Shown here: positions 19,294 through 30,373 of the stretch, in pieces
How positions within the stretch are numbered: the first letter of the stretch is position 1
Layout: each line of letters starts with the position of its first letter
NCBI GenBank assembly: GCA_051251855.1
Contig: JBPOGI010000001.1
Location: 1,344,001-1,408,000, forward strand
From: Roseibacillus sp.
GTDB taxonomy: Bacteria; Verrucomicrobiota; Verrucomicrobiia; Verrucomicrobiales; Akkermansiaceae
Reading direction: 5' to 3'
DNA length: 64,000 nucleotides
Program-made: the position numbers and the translations under genes
Notes under the pieces: model-generated
Told to the model about the DNA's origin: nothing
What the model saw: only the letters and a program-made list of their open reading frames with translations
The model's database searches: none

Positions 19294-21492
19294 TTAAAGG
19301 GAAAGTTCACGCTGCAGGCTCTCAAGAAAGACCCGCACACCGCTCGTATCAGTGCGATATCCAGCACGCGTCGATCCAGTGCCCACTTTCACGGTGTAAT
19401 AGTCCGTCCCTTCCGGGGTCAACGCAAACATCGTCTCGTCAGTCTGATCATCGCCAGCCGCAAACGCGACCTTCGTCTTCCACAATCCCATTAGATAGTC
19501 AACAGCAGCTCCCTTGCTTACTTGAAGACTCGACACCTCCACAATTTTTTTCCCGTGGTGCACAGTCACCGGTAAGTTCGCGGCCATCGCCGTCAACTCA
19601 TCTAACAATCCGCGCGCACGCCAAAGACCAAACTCAGGTTCAGCCATACGGTAATGCCAAACTACCGCTGACTGCTTCTCCTCTACATGAGTCCCCGGCG
19701 TTAAAAGCGCTGCTTGCTCCAAGTGCTCTCGGATTTGATGCCTCCACTCCGTATCAACGTGAGGATTGAAGAGCGCCCACTCACCCTCTCCACCATCCAA
19801 CCAGCGGTAGCCATGCTCCCCTACGAGGGTCAGCCCCAAACCTCCCAAATGCTGTTCGAGAAATTCAGGTGGCCTTCCACTCACAATACCAATCTTCATG
19901 CGATCCGCCGCACCCAATGATTTTAGTAAAGGCGGAAGCTCCGCATCTGGTATTGCATCTTCCGGCTTATCGACGAAGTCACGTAACGTGCCATCATAAT
20001 CCAGAAAGAGACCCACCGACTCACCCTGCCGCCAACGATTCGCAATTGTCTTCGCCAAGGGCTCCATTTCAAAGACCGCCACCCGTTGCTCACGCGCAGG
20101 CACCTTTTCCAAATCTTCCACAAAGCTCTGCGCCCAAGGTCCGCTGTGTCGCAGCCGAAGCCGCTTCTGCATCGCCTCGATGCGTGACTTACGTTCCTCA
20201 TCCGGCATCTCTAGTGCATGCGCAATCGCCCCCGCCACCTCATCAGTATTGTGCGGATTGACCTGAATCGCATTCGACAACTCCTCCGCAGCCCCCGCCA
20301 ATTCGCTCAAAATCAAAACTCCCGGGCGCCCCGCAATTTCCTCACGCTGACAGTCCAAAAATTCTTTTGCTACCAAGTTCATACCATCACGCAGTGGCGT
20401 CACCAGACACAACTCCGAGAGAGCATAAAGAGCCGCCAAATCCGCAGGAGGAAAGCCACGATGCAAAAATTGGACTGGAGAATGCCCCACCGAACCAAAC
20501 TCGCCATTAATCGCCCCCACTGCGCGCTGCACCTCCTCAGTGAGCTGATCATACTCTTCCACTCCTTGTCGCGAAGGAACCGAAATCAGTACAAAGACCA
20601 CCTCCTCGCTCATCTCAGGATGATTCTCCAAGAAGCGATGAATCGCCTTAAGCTTTTGTGGCACTCCCTTGGTGTAATCTAATCGCTCCACACTCAACAC
20701 CAGCCGCTTGCCATTCAACTCAGCACGATGAGTCGCCACGATCTCATCGAACCCCTCGCTCTCCATACTCTTCTGGAATCCAAGATGATTGTGCCCAATG
20801 GGCGCCGCCAACAAGCGGACCTCCCGCCCTCCATACCAAATCCCATCCATCTCAGACTCCATCCCCAACACCCTCAACAAGGAAGAACGGAAGTGACGGA
20901 GATAGGAATGGGTATGAAAGCCAATTACATCCGCGCCTAATAACCCCCGCAACAACTCCGTACGATGCGGCAAGACTCGAAAGACTTCACTACTACAAAA
21001 CGGAGTATGCAAAAAGAAGCCCACGCGCAGATTTAAGCCCTTACCGCGCAACAGCTCCGGCAGAAGGAACAGATGATAATCGTGAATCCAAACCATATCC
21101 CCTTCTTCCGCGATACTCAAAATGACATCCGCAAACTTCTGATTCACCGCCTTATAAGCTTCCCACCACTCCTGAGAGAAATCGGCTCGTTCCACCATGT
21201 AATGGAGAATAGGCCACAAAGTCGAATTGGCGTAGCCCTCGTAGAATCCATCCAACTCCTGCTGCGAAAGATAGACCGGCCACGTATTCTGCGCATTGAG
21301 CTGCTTCGTAATCGCATCCGTGTCCTCAAAATCCTCTTCCGCCCCTCCCGGCCAACCTACCCAAACTTGCTCATTCTCCAAGTCAGCTCCCTCTAAGGCA
21401 CTCGCCAAGCCTCCCGCCGTTCGCGTCGCAGTGCCATCCGCTGCAATTTTCACAGGAAGCCGGTTCGATACCATAAAGAGTCTTTTTTTCAT
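19294..21492 (-). CDS. Bifunctional trehalose-6-phosphate synthase/phosphatase (OtsA-OtsB fusion)
   Basis: GT20 motifs SNRLP, WIHDYHL, ERLDYTKG, DGMNLVAKE; HAD motifs FLDYDGTL, GDDQTDE. Confidence 0.95.
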   Translation of the reverse strand: MKKRLFMVSNRLPVKIAADGTATRTAGGLASALEGADLENEQVWVGWPGGAEEDFEDTDAITKQLNAQNTWPVYLSQQELDGFYEGYANSTLWPILHYMVERADFSQEWWEAYKAVNQKFADVILSIAEEGDMVWIHDYHLFLLPELLRGKGLNLRVGFFLHTPFCSSEVFRVLPHRTELLRGLLGADVIGFHTHSYLRHFRSSLLRVLGMESEMDGIWYGGREVRLLAAPIGHNHLGFQKSMESEGFDEIVATHRAELNGKRLVLSVERLDYTKGVPQKLKAIHRFLENHPEMSEEVVFVLISVPSRQGVEEYDQLTEEVQRAVGAINGEFGSVGHSPVQFLHRGFPPADLAALYALSELCLVTPLRDGMNLVAKEFLDCQREEIAGRPGVLILSELAGAAEELSNAIQVNPHNTDEVAGAIAHALEMPDEERKSRIEAMQKRLRLRHSGPWAQSFVEDLEKVPAREQRVAVFEMEPLAKTIANRWRQGESVGLFLDYDGTLRDFVDKPEDAIPDAELPPLLKSLGAADRMKIGIVSGRPPEFLEQHLGGLGLTLVGEHGYRWLDGGEGEWALFNPHVDTEWRHQIREHLEQAALLTPGTHVEEKQSAVVWHYRMAEPEFGLWRARGLLDELTAMAANLPVTVHHGKKIVEVSSLQVSKGAAVDYLMGLWKTKVAFAAGDDQTDETMFALTPEGTDYYTVKVGTGSTRAGYRTDTSGVRVFLESLQRELSL

Positions 21493-21658
21493 AAATCTTA
21501 AGAGGAAAAACGAGAGTCAAACCGTTTACCTTCACCCCCTAAGCTACCATCCTCAGAATTCTACCCAAGACCCGAAAACTTTTTCCTAAAGAGCTCTCAG
21601 CAGCCCCCCTAAAAAATGGCCATTCCCTTTTGCTCCGACCTTCGCTCTGATAGCACGC

Positions 21659-22420
21659 GTGAACCACTCCGTCTCCTACTGGCCCTTCGCCCAAATCCCG
21701 CTCTCTGAATTCGCTCATAAGCTTCTCAGCTTTGGCTACCAAGGCATTGACCTCCTCCACCCCGCGCAAGCTCTCACTGTCGCTCCATTGGGCATCAAAT
21801 GCCCCGTCACCGCAGCCCCCGAGCATTCCTCTGGCCTCGGTTGTATCGAACGCGCTTTCAATCGCATCGAGCACCACGAAACACTCTATCAAATCTACCA
21901 CGATCTCATCCCTGCAGCTGCTGAGGCGGGAATCCCCCAAGTCATTTGCTTTTCAGGCAATCGCGAGGGTCTCGACGACCTCACCGGACTCGAAAACTGC
22001 GCTCGCGGCCTCGAACCTCTCCTCCCCCTCGCCGAAAAGCACGGCATCACCCTCCTCATGGAATTGCTCAATTCCAAAGTCGATCACCCCGACTACCAGT
22101 GCGACCACACCGCTTGGGGAGCCGCCCTGTGTGAAAGGCTCGCAAACCCACATTTCAAGCTCCTTTACGACATCTACCACATGCAAATCATGGAAGGCGA
22201 CGTCATCCGCACCATCCGCGAGTTTCACCAACACATCGGCCACTATCACACCGGAGGCAACCCGGGTCGCAACGAGATCGACCACACCCAAGAGCTGAAT
22301 TACCCCGCCATTGTCTCAGCCATTCGCCAAACTGGCTTTGAAGGCTACCTCGGCCAAGAATTCATTCCAACGAAGGACCCCTTTGAGTCGCTAGCAAACG
22401 CCATCAAGCTCTGCTCGTAA
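21659..22420 (+). CDS. Hydroxypyruvate isomerase family TIM-barrel protein
   Basis: MELLNSKVDH, LYDIYHMQIMEGD, HYHTGGNPGRNE. Confidence 0.85.
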   Translation: MNHSVSYWPFAQIPLSEFAHKLLSFGYQGIDLLHPAQALTVAPLGIKCPVTAAPEHSSGLGCIERAFNRIEHHETLYQIYHDLIPAAAEAGIPQVICFSGNREGLDDLTGLENCARGLEPLLPLAEKHGITLLMELLNSKVDHPDYQCDHTAWGAALCERLANPHFKLLYDIYHMQIMEGDVIRTIREFHQHIGHYHTGGNPGRNEIDHTQELNYPAIVSAIRQTGFEGYLGQEFIPTKDPFESLANAIKLCS

Positions 22421-22429
22421 AAGCACGAA

Positions 22430-23119
22430 CTATTGCGAAGGACGCCCTGTAGCATCAATCCTATCAACCGTAAGGGAGTGATAGAGGTTCTTTCCCACCT
22501 TCTTGACCCAGGCACAACGATTCGGAATCACTTTTGTGTAATTACCCTTGGCATAGACGGGCTCGCTCTTGCCATTGGCATAGGATTGACGAACTTTGAG
22601 ATTCCACGCTTCCTCCCGAGCGACCCTTTCATTTTTGCTCGGATTGATTTCCAACACAACCCCTTCGTTTCGGCGTGAAAAGCAATCAATCCTTCCCGTT
22701 CTCTTCTCTCTTAAAAATCCATAGTTGAGATTCACCTCGCATCGGATACCGGCACCATCCGTCGCCACGCTCATCTCCCCTCGATCGCCGAACCAACTTC
22801 CATCGCTCGAAAATCTTTCCCAATCTCGGCCGCGCTTAGGACCATCTAGAGGCATACTCTCACCACTGCGAATGAGCACGGAGGGCAAGCTGTAGATGCC
22901 ATTTCCTGATTCCCCTGCCAAACGCCGGTTCAGGAGAGCAGCTTCATCCTCGCGATAAAGACCTTCCCTAATCTTACTTCCTCCGGAGACGACAAACACC
23001 TTTTGCATCACCCTGATTTGATTGTGGACCCGAGTGGCCACTTTGCTCGATTGGGAACAGCTTAACAGAAACAAGGTTGAGGCAAGAGCCTTACAAATAG
23101 AAGGTTTCACACCAAACAT
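22430..23119 (-). CDS. Hypothetical lipoprotein
   Basis: 229 aa, lipobox-like LLLSC. Confidence 0.55.
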   Translation of the reverse strand: MFGVKPSICKALASTLFLLSCSQSSKVATRVHNQIRVMQKVFVVSGGSKIREGLYREDEAALLNRRLAGESGNGIYSLPSVLIRSGESMPLDGPKRGRDWERFSSDGSWFGDRGEMSVATDGAGIRCEVNLNYGFLREKRTGRIDCFSRRNEGVVLEINPSKNERVAREEAWNLKVRQSYANGKSEPVYAKGNYTKVIPNRCAWVKKVGKNLYHSLTVDRIDATGRPSQ

Positions 23120-23216
23120 TCACTGATCAACCTCCAATCAGTCAAGATAGAAACCGAATAGTTGAGGAACCCATACAGCCCTTGCACCAAGGCAAATTTT
23201 CCGATAAAGCCACCTC

Positions 23217-24245
23217 ATGCCAGTCGCAACTCCAGCCCAGTACCGGGACATGCTCGATGCCGCTCAAAAGAACGGTTACGCCTATCCTGCCATCAACATC
23301 ACTTCCATCATCACCGCGAACGCCTCTCTCAAGGCCTTCGCCGATGCTAAGTCTGATGGCATCATCCAAGTTTCCACCGGTGGTGGCCAGTTTGCTTCCG
23401 GACTGAACGTCAACGACGCCGCTTTCGGGGCCATCGTCCTCGCCGAAGCCGTCCACCGCCTCGCGGAGAAATACGATGTCCTTATCGCCCTCCACACCGA
23501 CCACTGTCACCCCGAAAAAGTCGACTCTTTCCTTCGTCCCCTCCTCGACGAATCACGGAAGCGCAAAGAGGCCGGTCTTGGGCCACTCTTCAACTCTCAC
23601 ATGTTCGACGGCTCCGTCGTTGAGCTCGACGAAAACATGAAAATCTCCGCCGAACTTCTCAAGGAATGTGTCGAACTCGACATCATCCTTGAAATCGAAG
23701 CCGGCTGCGTCGGTGGCGAAGAAGACGGACACGACACCTCCGGCCTTCCCATCGAAAAGCTCTACACCAGCCCCGACGACATGATGCAGGTCTACGAAAC
23801 CCTCAACCCCATCGGACGCTTTATGTTCGCAGCCACGTTCGGAAATGTTCACGGCGCCTACAAGCCCGGCTCAGTCAAACTCAAGCCCACCATCCTTCGC
23901 GATGGCCAAAAAGTAGTCACCGACAAATACGGCGCCGAAGCTGAAATGGACCTAGTCTTCCACGGTGGTTCAGGCACCTCTGCCGAAGACCTGCAAGAGA
24001 CCCTCGACTACGGCGTCATTAAGATGAATATCGACACCGACACTCAATACGCCTTCACCCGCCCCATCGTCACCCACATGTGTGAGAACATCGAAGGCGT
24101 TCTTAAGGTCGATGGCGAAGTCGGTAACAAGAAGGTCTATGATCCACGTGGCTACCTCAAAAAGGCCGAAGCCTCTGTCGCAGCTCGCCTCGTGCAGGCT
24201 TGTGACGAGCTCAAGTCTAGCGGACAAACCATCTACTCGGCCTAA
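23217..24245 (+). CDS. fbaA: Class II fructose-bisphosphate aldolase
   Basis: LHTDHC, SHMFDGS, FGNVHGAYK, VFHGGSG, KMNIDTD. Confidence 0.96.
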   Translation: MPVATPAQYRDMLDAAQKNGYAYPAINITSIITANASLKAFADAKSDGIIQVSTGGGQFASGLNVNDAAFGAIVLAEAVHRLAEKYDVLIALHTDHCHPEKVDSFLRPLLDESRKRKEAGLGPLFNSHMFDGSVVELDENMKISAELLKECVELDIILEIEAGCVGGEEDGHDTSGLPIEKLYTSPDDMMQVYETLNPIGRFMFAATFGNVHGAYKPGSVKLKPTILRDGQKVVTDKYGAEAEMDLVFHGGSGTSAEDLQETLDYGVIKMNIDTDTQYAFTRPIVTHMCENIEGVLKVDGEVGNKKVYDPRGYLKKAEASVAARLVQACDELKSSGQTIYSA

Positions 24246-24263
24246 AATCCTCTTCCCCTTTTT

Positions 24264-24301
24264 AAAGACCTCCCGAGCAACCTGCTCGCGAGGTCTTTTT
24301 T
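24264..24301 (+). terminator. Intrinsic terminator after fbaA
   Basis: AAAGACCTC.CGAGCA/TGCTCG.GAGGTCTTT stem with T tract. Confidence 0.8.
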
Positions 24302-24326
24302 ATGGAACTTCAGGCTCTAGCCTGAA

Positions 24327-25130
24327 TTACCCACCAACTAAAGGCCCCAACTGAATCTCCTGAGCCGAGAGAGACTCACCATCAAAATCCAGCGCGAGCC
24401 CTTTACTCACCTTCATCAAGGATCCAGTATTCCAAACCGTTCGCTCACCCACCACAAATTTTCCGCGTCGATGAAAATGCCCGCAGACGAGAATCTTACT
24501 TTCAGGCGCAAACCGATGCAGAAAACGTTCCCCTTCCTTGAAGAACCCTCCCCAAACTCTCACCACCTCCGTCAGTCTCTCAGGCGGCCACAAGGCAATC
24601 TTGAGATAGTCAACGATGCCATCGGGAGCTTTTCCAGAAGGCCGCAACAGTCGACCCACCTCGCGGGCACATTCCCAACGAGTATCCAAAGAGTCGCTCT
24701 CTCTCTTCTTAAGAAGTTCGTGAACCTCTTCCCGTTTCGCAAAGAGTTCACGACTCCAAGGAGACATGGTGTCGTAAATCATATCACCGTGAGTCACTAG
24801 AATGTGCCCCCCGGCAAGCTTCAACCAACCCTCGCCTGAGACATTGGGGTCGTGATTCCCTGTCAGAGCGACGAACAAAATTCCACGCCTTTCGCAGGCC
24901 TCTTCCAAATCCTTCCAAAGACGATTGGCTGCATTTCGCCAACCTTCGACCAATTCCTCCCGTCCATCACCAACCATTACGAGAGTTCCAACTCCTTCTA
25001 AGAGATGCTCCACCCGTGCAATCGAATTCACCTGCGATCCCGGATGCCCCAGATGCCAATCGGATACCATTCGAACCGGTAGCGGTAGCTCCCGAGTCCC
25101 CGTGGTCAACTCTGACAATGCCGCATTCAA
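24327..25130 (-). CDS. Calcineurin-like metallophosphoesterase
   Basis: SDWHLG, VGD, GNHD, THGD, CGHFH. Confidence 0.85.
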   Translation of the reverse strand: MNAALSELTTGTRELPLPVRMVSDWHLGHPGSQVNSIARVEHLLEGVGTLVMVGDGREELVEGWRNAANRLWKDLEEACERRGILFVALTGNHDPNVSGEGWLKLAGGHILVTHGDMIYDTMSPWSRELFAKREEVHELLKKRESDSLDTRWECAREVGRLLRPSGKAPDGIVDYLKIALWPPERLTEVVRVWGGFFKEGERFLHRFAPESKILVCGHFHRRGKFVVGERTVWNTGSLMKVSKGLALDFDGESLSAQEIQLGPLVGG

Positions 25131-25714
25131 GACGAAGTCACTTCCAAGCGCTGTCTCACCGCCTCATAAAGACAGACCCCCGTAGCCACGCTCGCATTCA
25201 AACAAGGCACTTGACCCAACATCGGCAACTTCACTAGAAAATCACACCCCTCTTCCGTCAAACGGCGCAAACCATCCCCTTCCGCCCCGATCACCAGTCC
25301 CAGGCTTCCCTTCAAGTCGGTCTCAAAGAGAGTCTTCTCAGCCTTATCGCTGGTTCCAACCAACCACATTCCAGCCTCTTGCAAAGACTTCATTGCTCGC
25401 GACAAGTTCGTCACTCGCACAAAAGGCACCGAATCGGCCGCACCGACTGAAATCCGGCGCACCGTATCGGTAATCCCTGCCGACTTGTCCTTCGGAACAA
25501 TCACCGCCTGCACTCCAGCGCCATCAGCCGTCCTCAGAATGGCACCCAGGTTGTGAGGATCCTGCACACAGTCCAAAATCAGGAGAAAATTCATCTCCCC
25601 CGACCTGACTTTATCGACAAGGTCTTCCTCTACCAAAGTATTCCCACGCACGGGACCACTGGGCCGGCCACGGACATGTCGATTCTCGCGGGCTTCACCG
25701 GTTCGTTTTCGCAT
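25127..25714 (-). CDS. rlmB: 23S rRNA Gm2251 methyltransferase (SpoU/TrmH family)
   Basis: [24 protein letters not shown]; start placed at ATG 25714. Confidence 0.85.
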   Translation of the reverse strand: MRKRTGEARENRHVRGRPSGPVRGNTLVEEDLVDKVRSGEMNFLLILDCVQDPHNLGAILRTADGAGVQAVIVPKDKSAGITDTVRRISVGAADSVPFVRVTNLSRAMKSLQEAGMWLVGTSDKAEKTLFETDLKGSLGLVIGAEGDGLRRLTEEGCDFLVKLPMLGQVPCLNASVATGVCLYEAVRQRLEVTSS

Positions 25715-25751
25715 CGCGGAGAGACTACGAAGTCCCCTCAAAAATGTCCAC

Positions 25752-26465
25752 TTACCAAATCCACACAACCGGACGAACGACTACCTTCACGTCCCCCCCG
25801 TTCTCCTGCTCACTCTCCTCAATGGCCGAGGCCACTCCATCCTCGAACTCAATCACCACCTTCGAAGTCTCCTCTTGAGTCGTATGGGTATATCGACGAT
25901 AGACCGCCCCAGTATAAGTATCCACCACCGGTTCGAAGTGCTTCACCTCCTCGTATTTGGTAAATTCCATCGATCCTCCCATTCCTTCTTTAGTCCGACG
26001 CAAAGTCTGCTTGGTAGGTTTCCCCAATACCCGACAAACCTCGTCACGTGACATTCCAAGCGCAATCTCACCCTCTTCGATGAGCCGCTTCACCTCCATC
26101 TCACGGGTATAGACCGTCTTGAGAAGCTCTTGAATATTTCCTTCTTTCGCAGACAACAGCGACGGCTTAATCCATCCAATCTGCCCCTGCCCTTGGACCT
26201 TACAGGCCCGATTATCGAATCCAATCAGCTTCACCTTTCCCCCTTTGATAACCCCCAGCTTACGCCCTCCATTCTTGGAAGTATAAACCTGCGCGGGCTC
26301 AGTAACCGTCAGCTCAACGCCCTCTTTTTCAGGGACAAGATCAGCCACATACACGACCTCTGGATCCGAATCGATCAGCGAGCGCTTCCCTCCACCACGT
26401 TCCCGCTCCGCTGCTAGGACCATCACCGATCCCAAAAATATCCCAATAAACAGGTGGCTCTTCAT
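25752..26465 (-). CDS. Exported hypothetical protein
   Basis: Signal peptide; [14 protein letters not shown] resembles a SmpA/OmlA-type motif. Confidence 0.65.
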   Translation of the reverse strand: MKSHLFIGIFLGSVMVLAAERERGGGKRSLIDSDPEVVYVADLVPEKEGVELTVTEPAQVYTSKNGGRKLGVIKGGKVKLIGFDNRACKVQGQGQIGWIKPSLLSAKEGNIQELLKTVYTREMEVKRLIEEGEIALGMSRDEVCRVLGKPTKQTLRRTKEGMGGSMEFTKYEEVKHFEPVVDTYTGAVYRRYTHTTQEETSKVVIEFEDGVASAIEESEQENGGDVKVVVRPVVWIW

Positions 26466-26527
26466 TCCTTATTCTACCCCACTAAGACGGCAGTGAAAGG
26501 GAGAATATTCGCGATAAATGAGGGAAA

Positions 26528-27742
26528 TCAGCCCTCCTTCGAAAACAAGACCACACGATTCGTGTTGGTTCCCTTACCCAAGTTTTCCACGCCCCAGCAA
26601 TTAGCTGTTTTGGTGAATTCTTGTTCATTCACCAAAATCAGCTCCGCTTTCAGGCCCGCCGAAATGCCTGCCGGCACCACCAATTCCTCCAATAGAATCG
26701 AGCCATTCCGCACTTCACCAACCTCAAATGCGACCTGCCCACCAGGCTTCAAAACCCTTACTATCTCGCCAAGAACCCTTTCCATTGCCTCTTGCCACTC
26801 TTCGGGTTTGCGAAACCCCCAAATCTTGACCGCTGAAGCATCAAAACCGTTGAACCAACATCTGAGCCAATTATCTCCCTTATAATCAATCACATCCAGA
26901 AATGGCGGAGAGGTCACCACCAGATCCACGCTCTCCGAAGCTAGAGCAAAAGTCTCCGCAGCCGATGAGGTAAGAATCCGAGCCCCTTGTCCTCGCTTCA
27001 CAAATCCTCCCTCCTTCTGAGAGTCAAAACTCTTCAAAAGAGAGCGACTCTTTTTCAACACAATGGCAGGAACGTCACGAACAGGGGGAACCTGCTCACG
27101 CTTGGCATTAATTTTTTCCTGAGCCCGAATCGAAGTCGCCTGATTGGGTGGAAGAGTATAGACCGAAAAAAAGCCCGGTGAATGTCCCGTCAGTCGATTC
27201 GTTGCGACCATCCGGATCCACCGATCCACTTCATCCATGAGCTGCCCTTTCTCCCCAAAATAGCGCTGCAAGGCTCTCATTTGAACCAATGTCTCAGGGT
27301 GAAAAAACACATTAAGTTTCTCACTCTCCACCGATGGACCCTCAAAGGAAATCTTCAGCAACCTTTCCTCCACATCTTCTAACCTTGGAGGCTGCAGTCT
27401 CGGAAGGCACAGAATTGGAGCCAAGGGATTGATGTCACAGCCAATCACTTCGCGGTCCAACAACGCGGCCTCTACCAGCGTCGTCCCTCGTCCCATAAAA
27501 GGATCGTAAACCACATCACCAACCTGGGTGAGACGCTCAATAAAAAAACGAGGCAGCTGAGGCTTAAAACAGGCCCGATAAGAGACCTCATGAAGAGAAT
27601 GAGCAGCTCGCTGCTTTGAAGTCCAAAACTCATTTACATAGTAAGGAACTTCGACTCCTCCGAGTTTCCGCTTTAAGCACCGAGTTTGTTCTCCAAACTC
27701 TTGAAAACTTTTGAGGTCGGACGCGAACTGAGCCGCTGTCAT
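26528..27742 (-). CDS. DNA amino-methyltransferase, probably m4C
   Basis: Motif I YDPFMGRGTT N-terminal; motif IV VTSPPF C-terminal. Confidence 0.85.
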   Translation of the reverse strand: MTAAQFASDLKSFQEFGEQTRCLKRKLGGVEVPYYVNEFWTSKQRAAHSLHEVSYRACFKPQLPRFFIERLTQVGDVVYDPFMGRGTTLVEAALLDREVIGCDINPLAPILCLPRLQPPRLEDVEERLLKISFEGPSVESEKLNVFFHPETLVQMRALQRYFGEKGQLMDEVDRWIRMVATNRLTGHSPGFFSVYTLPPNQATSIRAQEKINAKREQVPPVRDVPAIVLKKSRSLLKSFDSQKEGGFVKRGQGARILTSSAAETFALASESVDLVVTSPPFLDVIDYKGDNWLRCWFNGFDASAVKIWGFRKPEEWQEAMERVLGEIVRVLKPGGQVAFEVGEVRNGSILLEELVVPAGISAGLKAELILVNEQEFTKTANCWGVENLGKGTNTNRVVLFSKEG

Positions 27743-29391
27743 TTTCCTAAACCTCGAATAGCTTGCTCCATCATTTTGCGGGCCTTGCTTCGATGCTGAA
27801 TTGAAACCTCGGCGTCGGCCATATGAAAGGAAGAAAAAGTATGCGAACTCATAGACTGCTCTGCCGCATTGCTCTGCGCTGTGGCGTAAATCGACCGATA
27901 CTTTCGACCCACGTCACTTTCACTCATCCCCATTCTCTTTTGGCTCAACTCCCGATTCAATTCTAGAATCTGTGTCACAACGTTCAGTTGACGATTATCT
28001 TGCAGCACATCTCTCACCGTTTGATCTCCTCCAGCCTTCGAGTTCAATGCCAGACCATCCGACTTTGGGGGAATCACCGCCAATGAAAGGAGAAGCCGAG
28101 TCACTCGATCAAAACGCTCCATCTTCTCGCGCGCCCCCACGAAACTCCCCAAACTTGCCTTCTCCCAAACAATTGGGACATCAATTCGGCAAGCAAAACG
28201 CTTGGAGTGAGAACGTGTCGACGATGACGCCCCTTTCCAAACATCGTTTCGAACAGCCATTGGCTCAGTCAGAATAGCCAAGACGTTCCCCTCACTCGTC
28301 ACAACGGGCGCACCGCTCGACATTCTGATAAGGGAAGAAGTTCCCTCGTAGCTATCAGCGTTCACCTTGCGCAGCTTTCCCAATTCCAGCGAAACAGAGT
28401 TAACTCCACTTAGAAACCCCAAGGACGCTACCGCAATCCCTAGCACCGGCACTTCTCCCTGAGGCTGTACCGTCAAGACATGGTCGACAGGCTCAGAAAC
28501 CGCCAAGCGAACCAAATTTACTCCCTTAGCAACTTCCAAGTCGCCAAAAGATTTCCTCTCACGTCCAGTAGCATCAACAATTTTAAGCTGACTATTTCCG
28601 TCGAGGACATGGGCCGCTGTATAAAGATAGGTCGTAATGCCATCTTGAACAAAAAAACCAGTTCCTTCCCCCCCACTTCCCGAAATCGAGACCAGCGCAC
28701 CTTCAATCCTGCTTTGTAAGGAGTCTAATTCATCTCTCTCTTTTTGCTTATCAATTCGACCCTGTTTAAAGGCTGAGAGCGGTGGCTCAGCAGCTCCTAC
28801 CTCCCCAGAAGGGACCTGCACAGGAGGAGGATTCAGAAAAAGCGCCAATTCTCTTGCCCTCTCCGCAACCTCTTCTTCACTACGCAAAAAAAAACGCTTC
28901 GTCCATTCTGCAGGAGCGGTCTCGCTATTAAGAGTTGCGAAACCACTTGCGTGACGAACTTTCACCCCAGTCTCGGTGATACCATTAATTTCTACATTTT
29001 CGAGAGTGCGGCCGGCAACCTCAAGGACCGCATATTTCTCGCCAAAGGCCTTACTCCTCACTTTAGCCTCATACTTCTTCTGATAGGCGTCAAATTTCTT
29101 GCGGAGTTCCCGCATTTTTTCCTCGGTTGCCTCCTTCGCCTTGCGCAACTCATCAAGCTGCACATCTTTCTCATCGGCCGAACGCGCTTTCGCCTCTACT
29201 TCATCATAGGTCTCAAATTTGAGGTCATACTCATCCAGTTCCAAATAAGCCTCCTCAAGCTCGCTTTCTAAGATTCCCTTCTCCTCTAAGAGAAACTCAA
29301 ATTCCTCCTGTTGGAGTCCGTCATCCTCTTCTTCAAGACACCCGCTCAAACAGAACGTTGATATAAGAGCTAGTGAGAAAATAGACTTCAT
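27739..29391 (-). CDS. Lipoprotein with coiled coil and trypsin-like domain
   Basis: LSGC lipobox; GTGFF...YTAAHVL...SSGAPV; start at ATG 29391. Confidence 0.7.
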   Translation of the reverse strand: MKSIFSLALISTFCLSGCLEEEDDGLQQEEFEFLLEEKGILESELEEAYLELDEYDLKFETYDEVEAKARSADEKDVQLDELRKAKEATEEKMRELRKKFDAYQKKYEAKVRSKAFGEKYAVLEVAGRTLENVEINGITETGVKVRHASGFATLNSETAPAEWTKRFFLRSEEEVAERARELALFLNPPPVQVPSGEVGAAEPPLSAFKQGRIDKQKERDELDSLQSRIEGALVSISGSGGEGTGFFVQDGITTYLYTAAHVLDGNSQLKIVDATGRERKSFGDLEVAKGVNLVRLAVSEPVDHVLTVQPQGEVPVLGIAVASLGFLSGVNSVSLELGKLRKVNADSYEGTSSLIRMSSGAPVVTSEGNVLAILTEPMAVRNDVWKGASSSTRSHSKRFACRIDVPIVWEKASLGSFVGAREKMERFDRVTRLLLSLAVIPPKSDGLALNSKAGGDQTVRDVLQDNRQLNVVTQILELNRELSQKRMGMSESDVGRKYRSIYATAQSNAAEQSMSSHTFSSFHMADAEVSIQHRSKARKMMEQAIRGLGK

Positions 29392-29528
29392 CAAGGTCAG
29401 TTCTAAACCAGAGTATGGTTGCACCAAGAGCAAAGTCACCTGCTGCCAAGAAAAGTGGTAGCATTGAATCATTTTCCACTTGTCAAGATAGCGCCCTTCG
29501 GACTAAAACGCCGCCCCCTCACTTTGAA

Positions 29529-29604
29529 GGCCTGTTAGCTCAGTTGGTAGAGCAGAGGATTGAAAATCCTTGTGTCCTTGGTTCGATTCCGAGACGGGCC
29601 ACCA
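29529..29604 (+). tRNA. tRNA-Phe (GAA), CCA encoded
   Basis: GGCCTGT/ACGGGCC stem, anticodon arm GAGGA-TTGAAAA-TCCTT, TTCGATT loop. Confidence 0.97.
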
Positions 29605-29640
29605 CTTTTTCGCCATCTTCGGCATTCCCTCCCACTCCAT

Positions 29641-30342
29641 ATGAAAACCGGCAAATTGATTCACGATTTGCCGGATGGAGAAAAGCCCCGCGAGAAGATG
29701 CTACGCCTTGGACCGGGCTCTCTGGGAGACGATGAACTCCTTGCCATCTTCTTGCGAACCGGAGTCCCCGGTGAAAACGCCATCGCAATCGGTCGCCGTC
29801 TCCTCGACAATCACGGAGGGCTTCCGGGTCTCGCGCGAACCGAACTCCCAATTCTGGCCAAAGAACATGGTCTGGGCCCAGCCAAAGCCTGTCAACTGGC
29901 TGCCGCCTTCGAGCTGGGAGTCCGCCTCGCACGCCGTAACTTAGATCGCACCGAGCTCAGAAGTCCTGAGCAAATCTACCGCTTTATGGCCCCACAGATG
30001 CAGGCCCTCAAAACAGAGTCCCTCCGTGTCCTCGCACTCGACTCTCGTCTACGATGCCAACAAGTTCAGGAGGTTACCCACGGCAGCAGCAACCAAACCC
30101 TTGCTATTGTGCGAGATGTCTTGCGACCCGTCATCGTCAGTCAGTCACCTTCCTTCGCTATCGTCCACAATCACCCTTCAGGCGACCCCACTCCCAGCCA
30201 AGCGGATATACACTTCACTCGTAAGCTACATGAGGCGGCTTCTCTTTTACAACTAGAGCTCATTGACCACGTCATTGTCGGACATCCATCCTCGGAGGGT
30301 GAGGCTTATTACTCGTTCCTTGAAAATGGGAAACTTGATTAA
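29641..30342 (+). CDS. radC: RadC / JAB-domain protein
   Basis: KPREK, ELLAIFLRTG, HNHPSGDPTPS, DHVI; start moved downstream of the tRNA. Confidence 0.92.
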   Translation: MKTGKLIHDLPDGEKPREKMLRLGPGSLGDDELLAIFLRTGVPGENAIAIGRRLLDNHGGLPGLARTELPILAKEHGLGPAKACQLAAAFELGVRLARRNLDRTELRSPEQIYRFMAPQMQALKTESLRVLALDSRLRCQQVQEVTHGSSNQTLAIVRDVLRPVIVSQSPSFAIVHNHPSGDPTPSQADIHFTRKLHEAASLLQLELIDHVIVGHPSSEGEAYYSFLENGKLD

Positions 30343-30373
30343 GGGAGGCTTCTCTCTCGGCCGCTCACCAACG

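Noticed and set aside
29560..29640. N-terminal extension of radC
   Set aside because: Overlaps tRNA-Phe; ATG 29641 gives a normal RadC start.
29529..30342. tRNA-Phe plus radC as an island signature
   Set aside because: RadC is the full-length form and no integrase or accessory genes follow.
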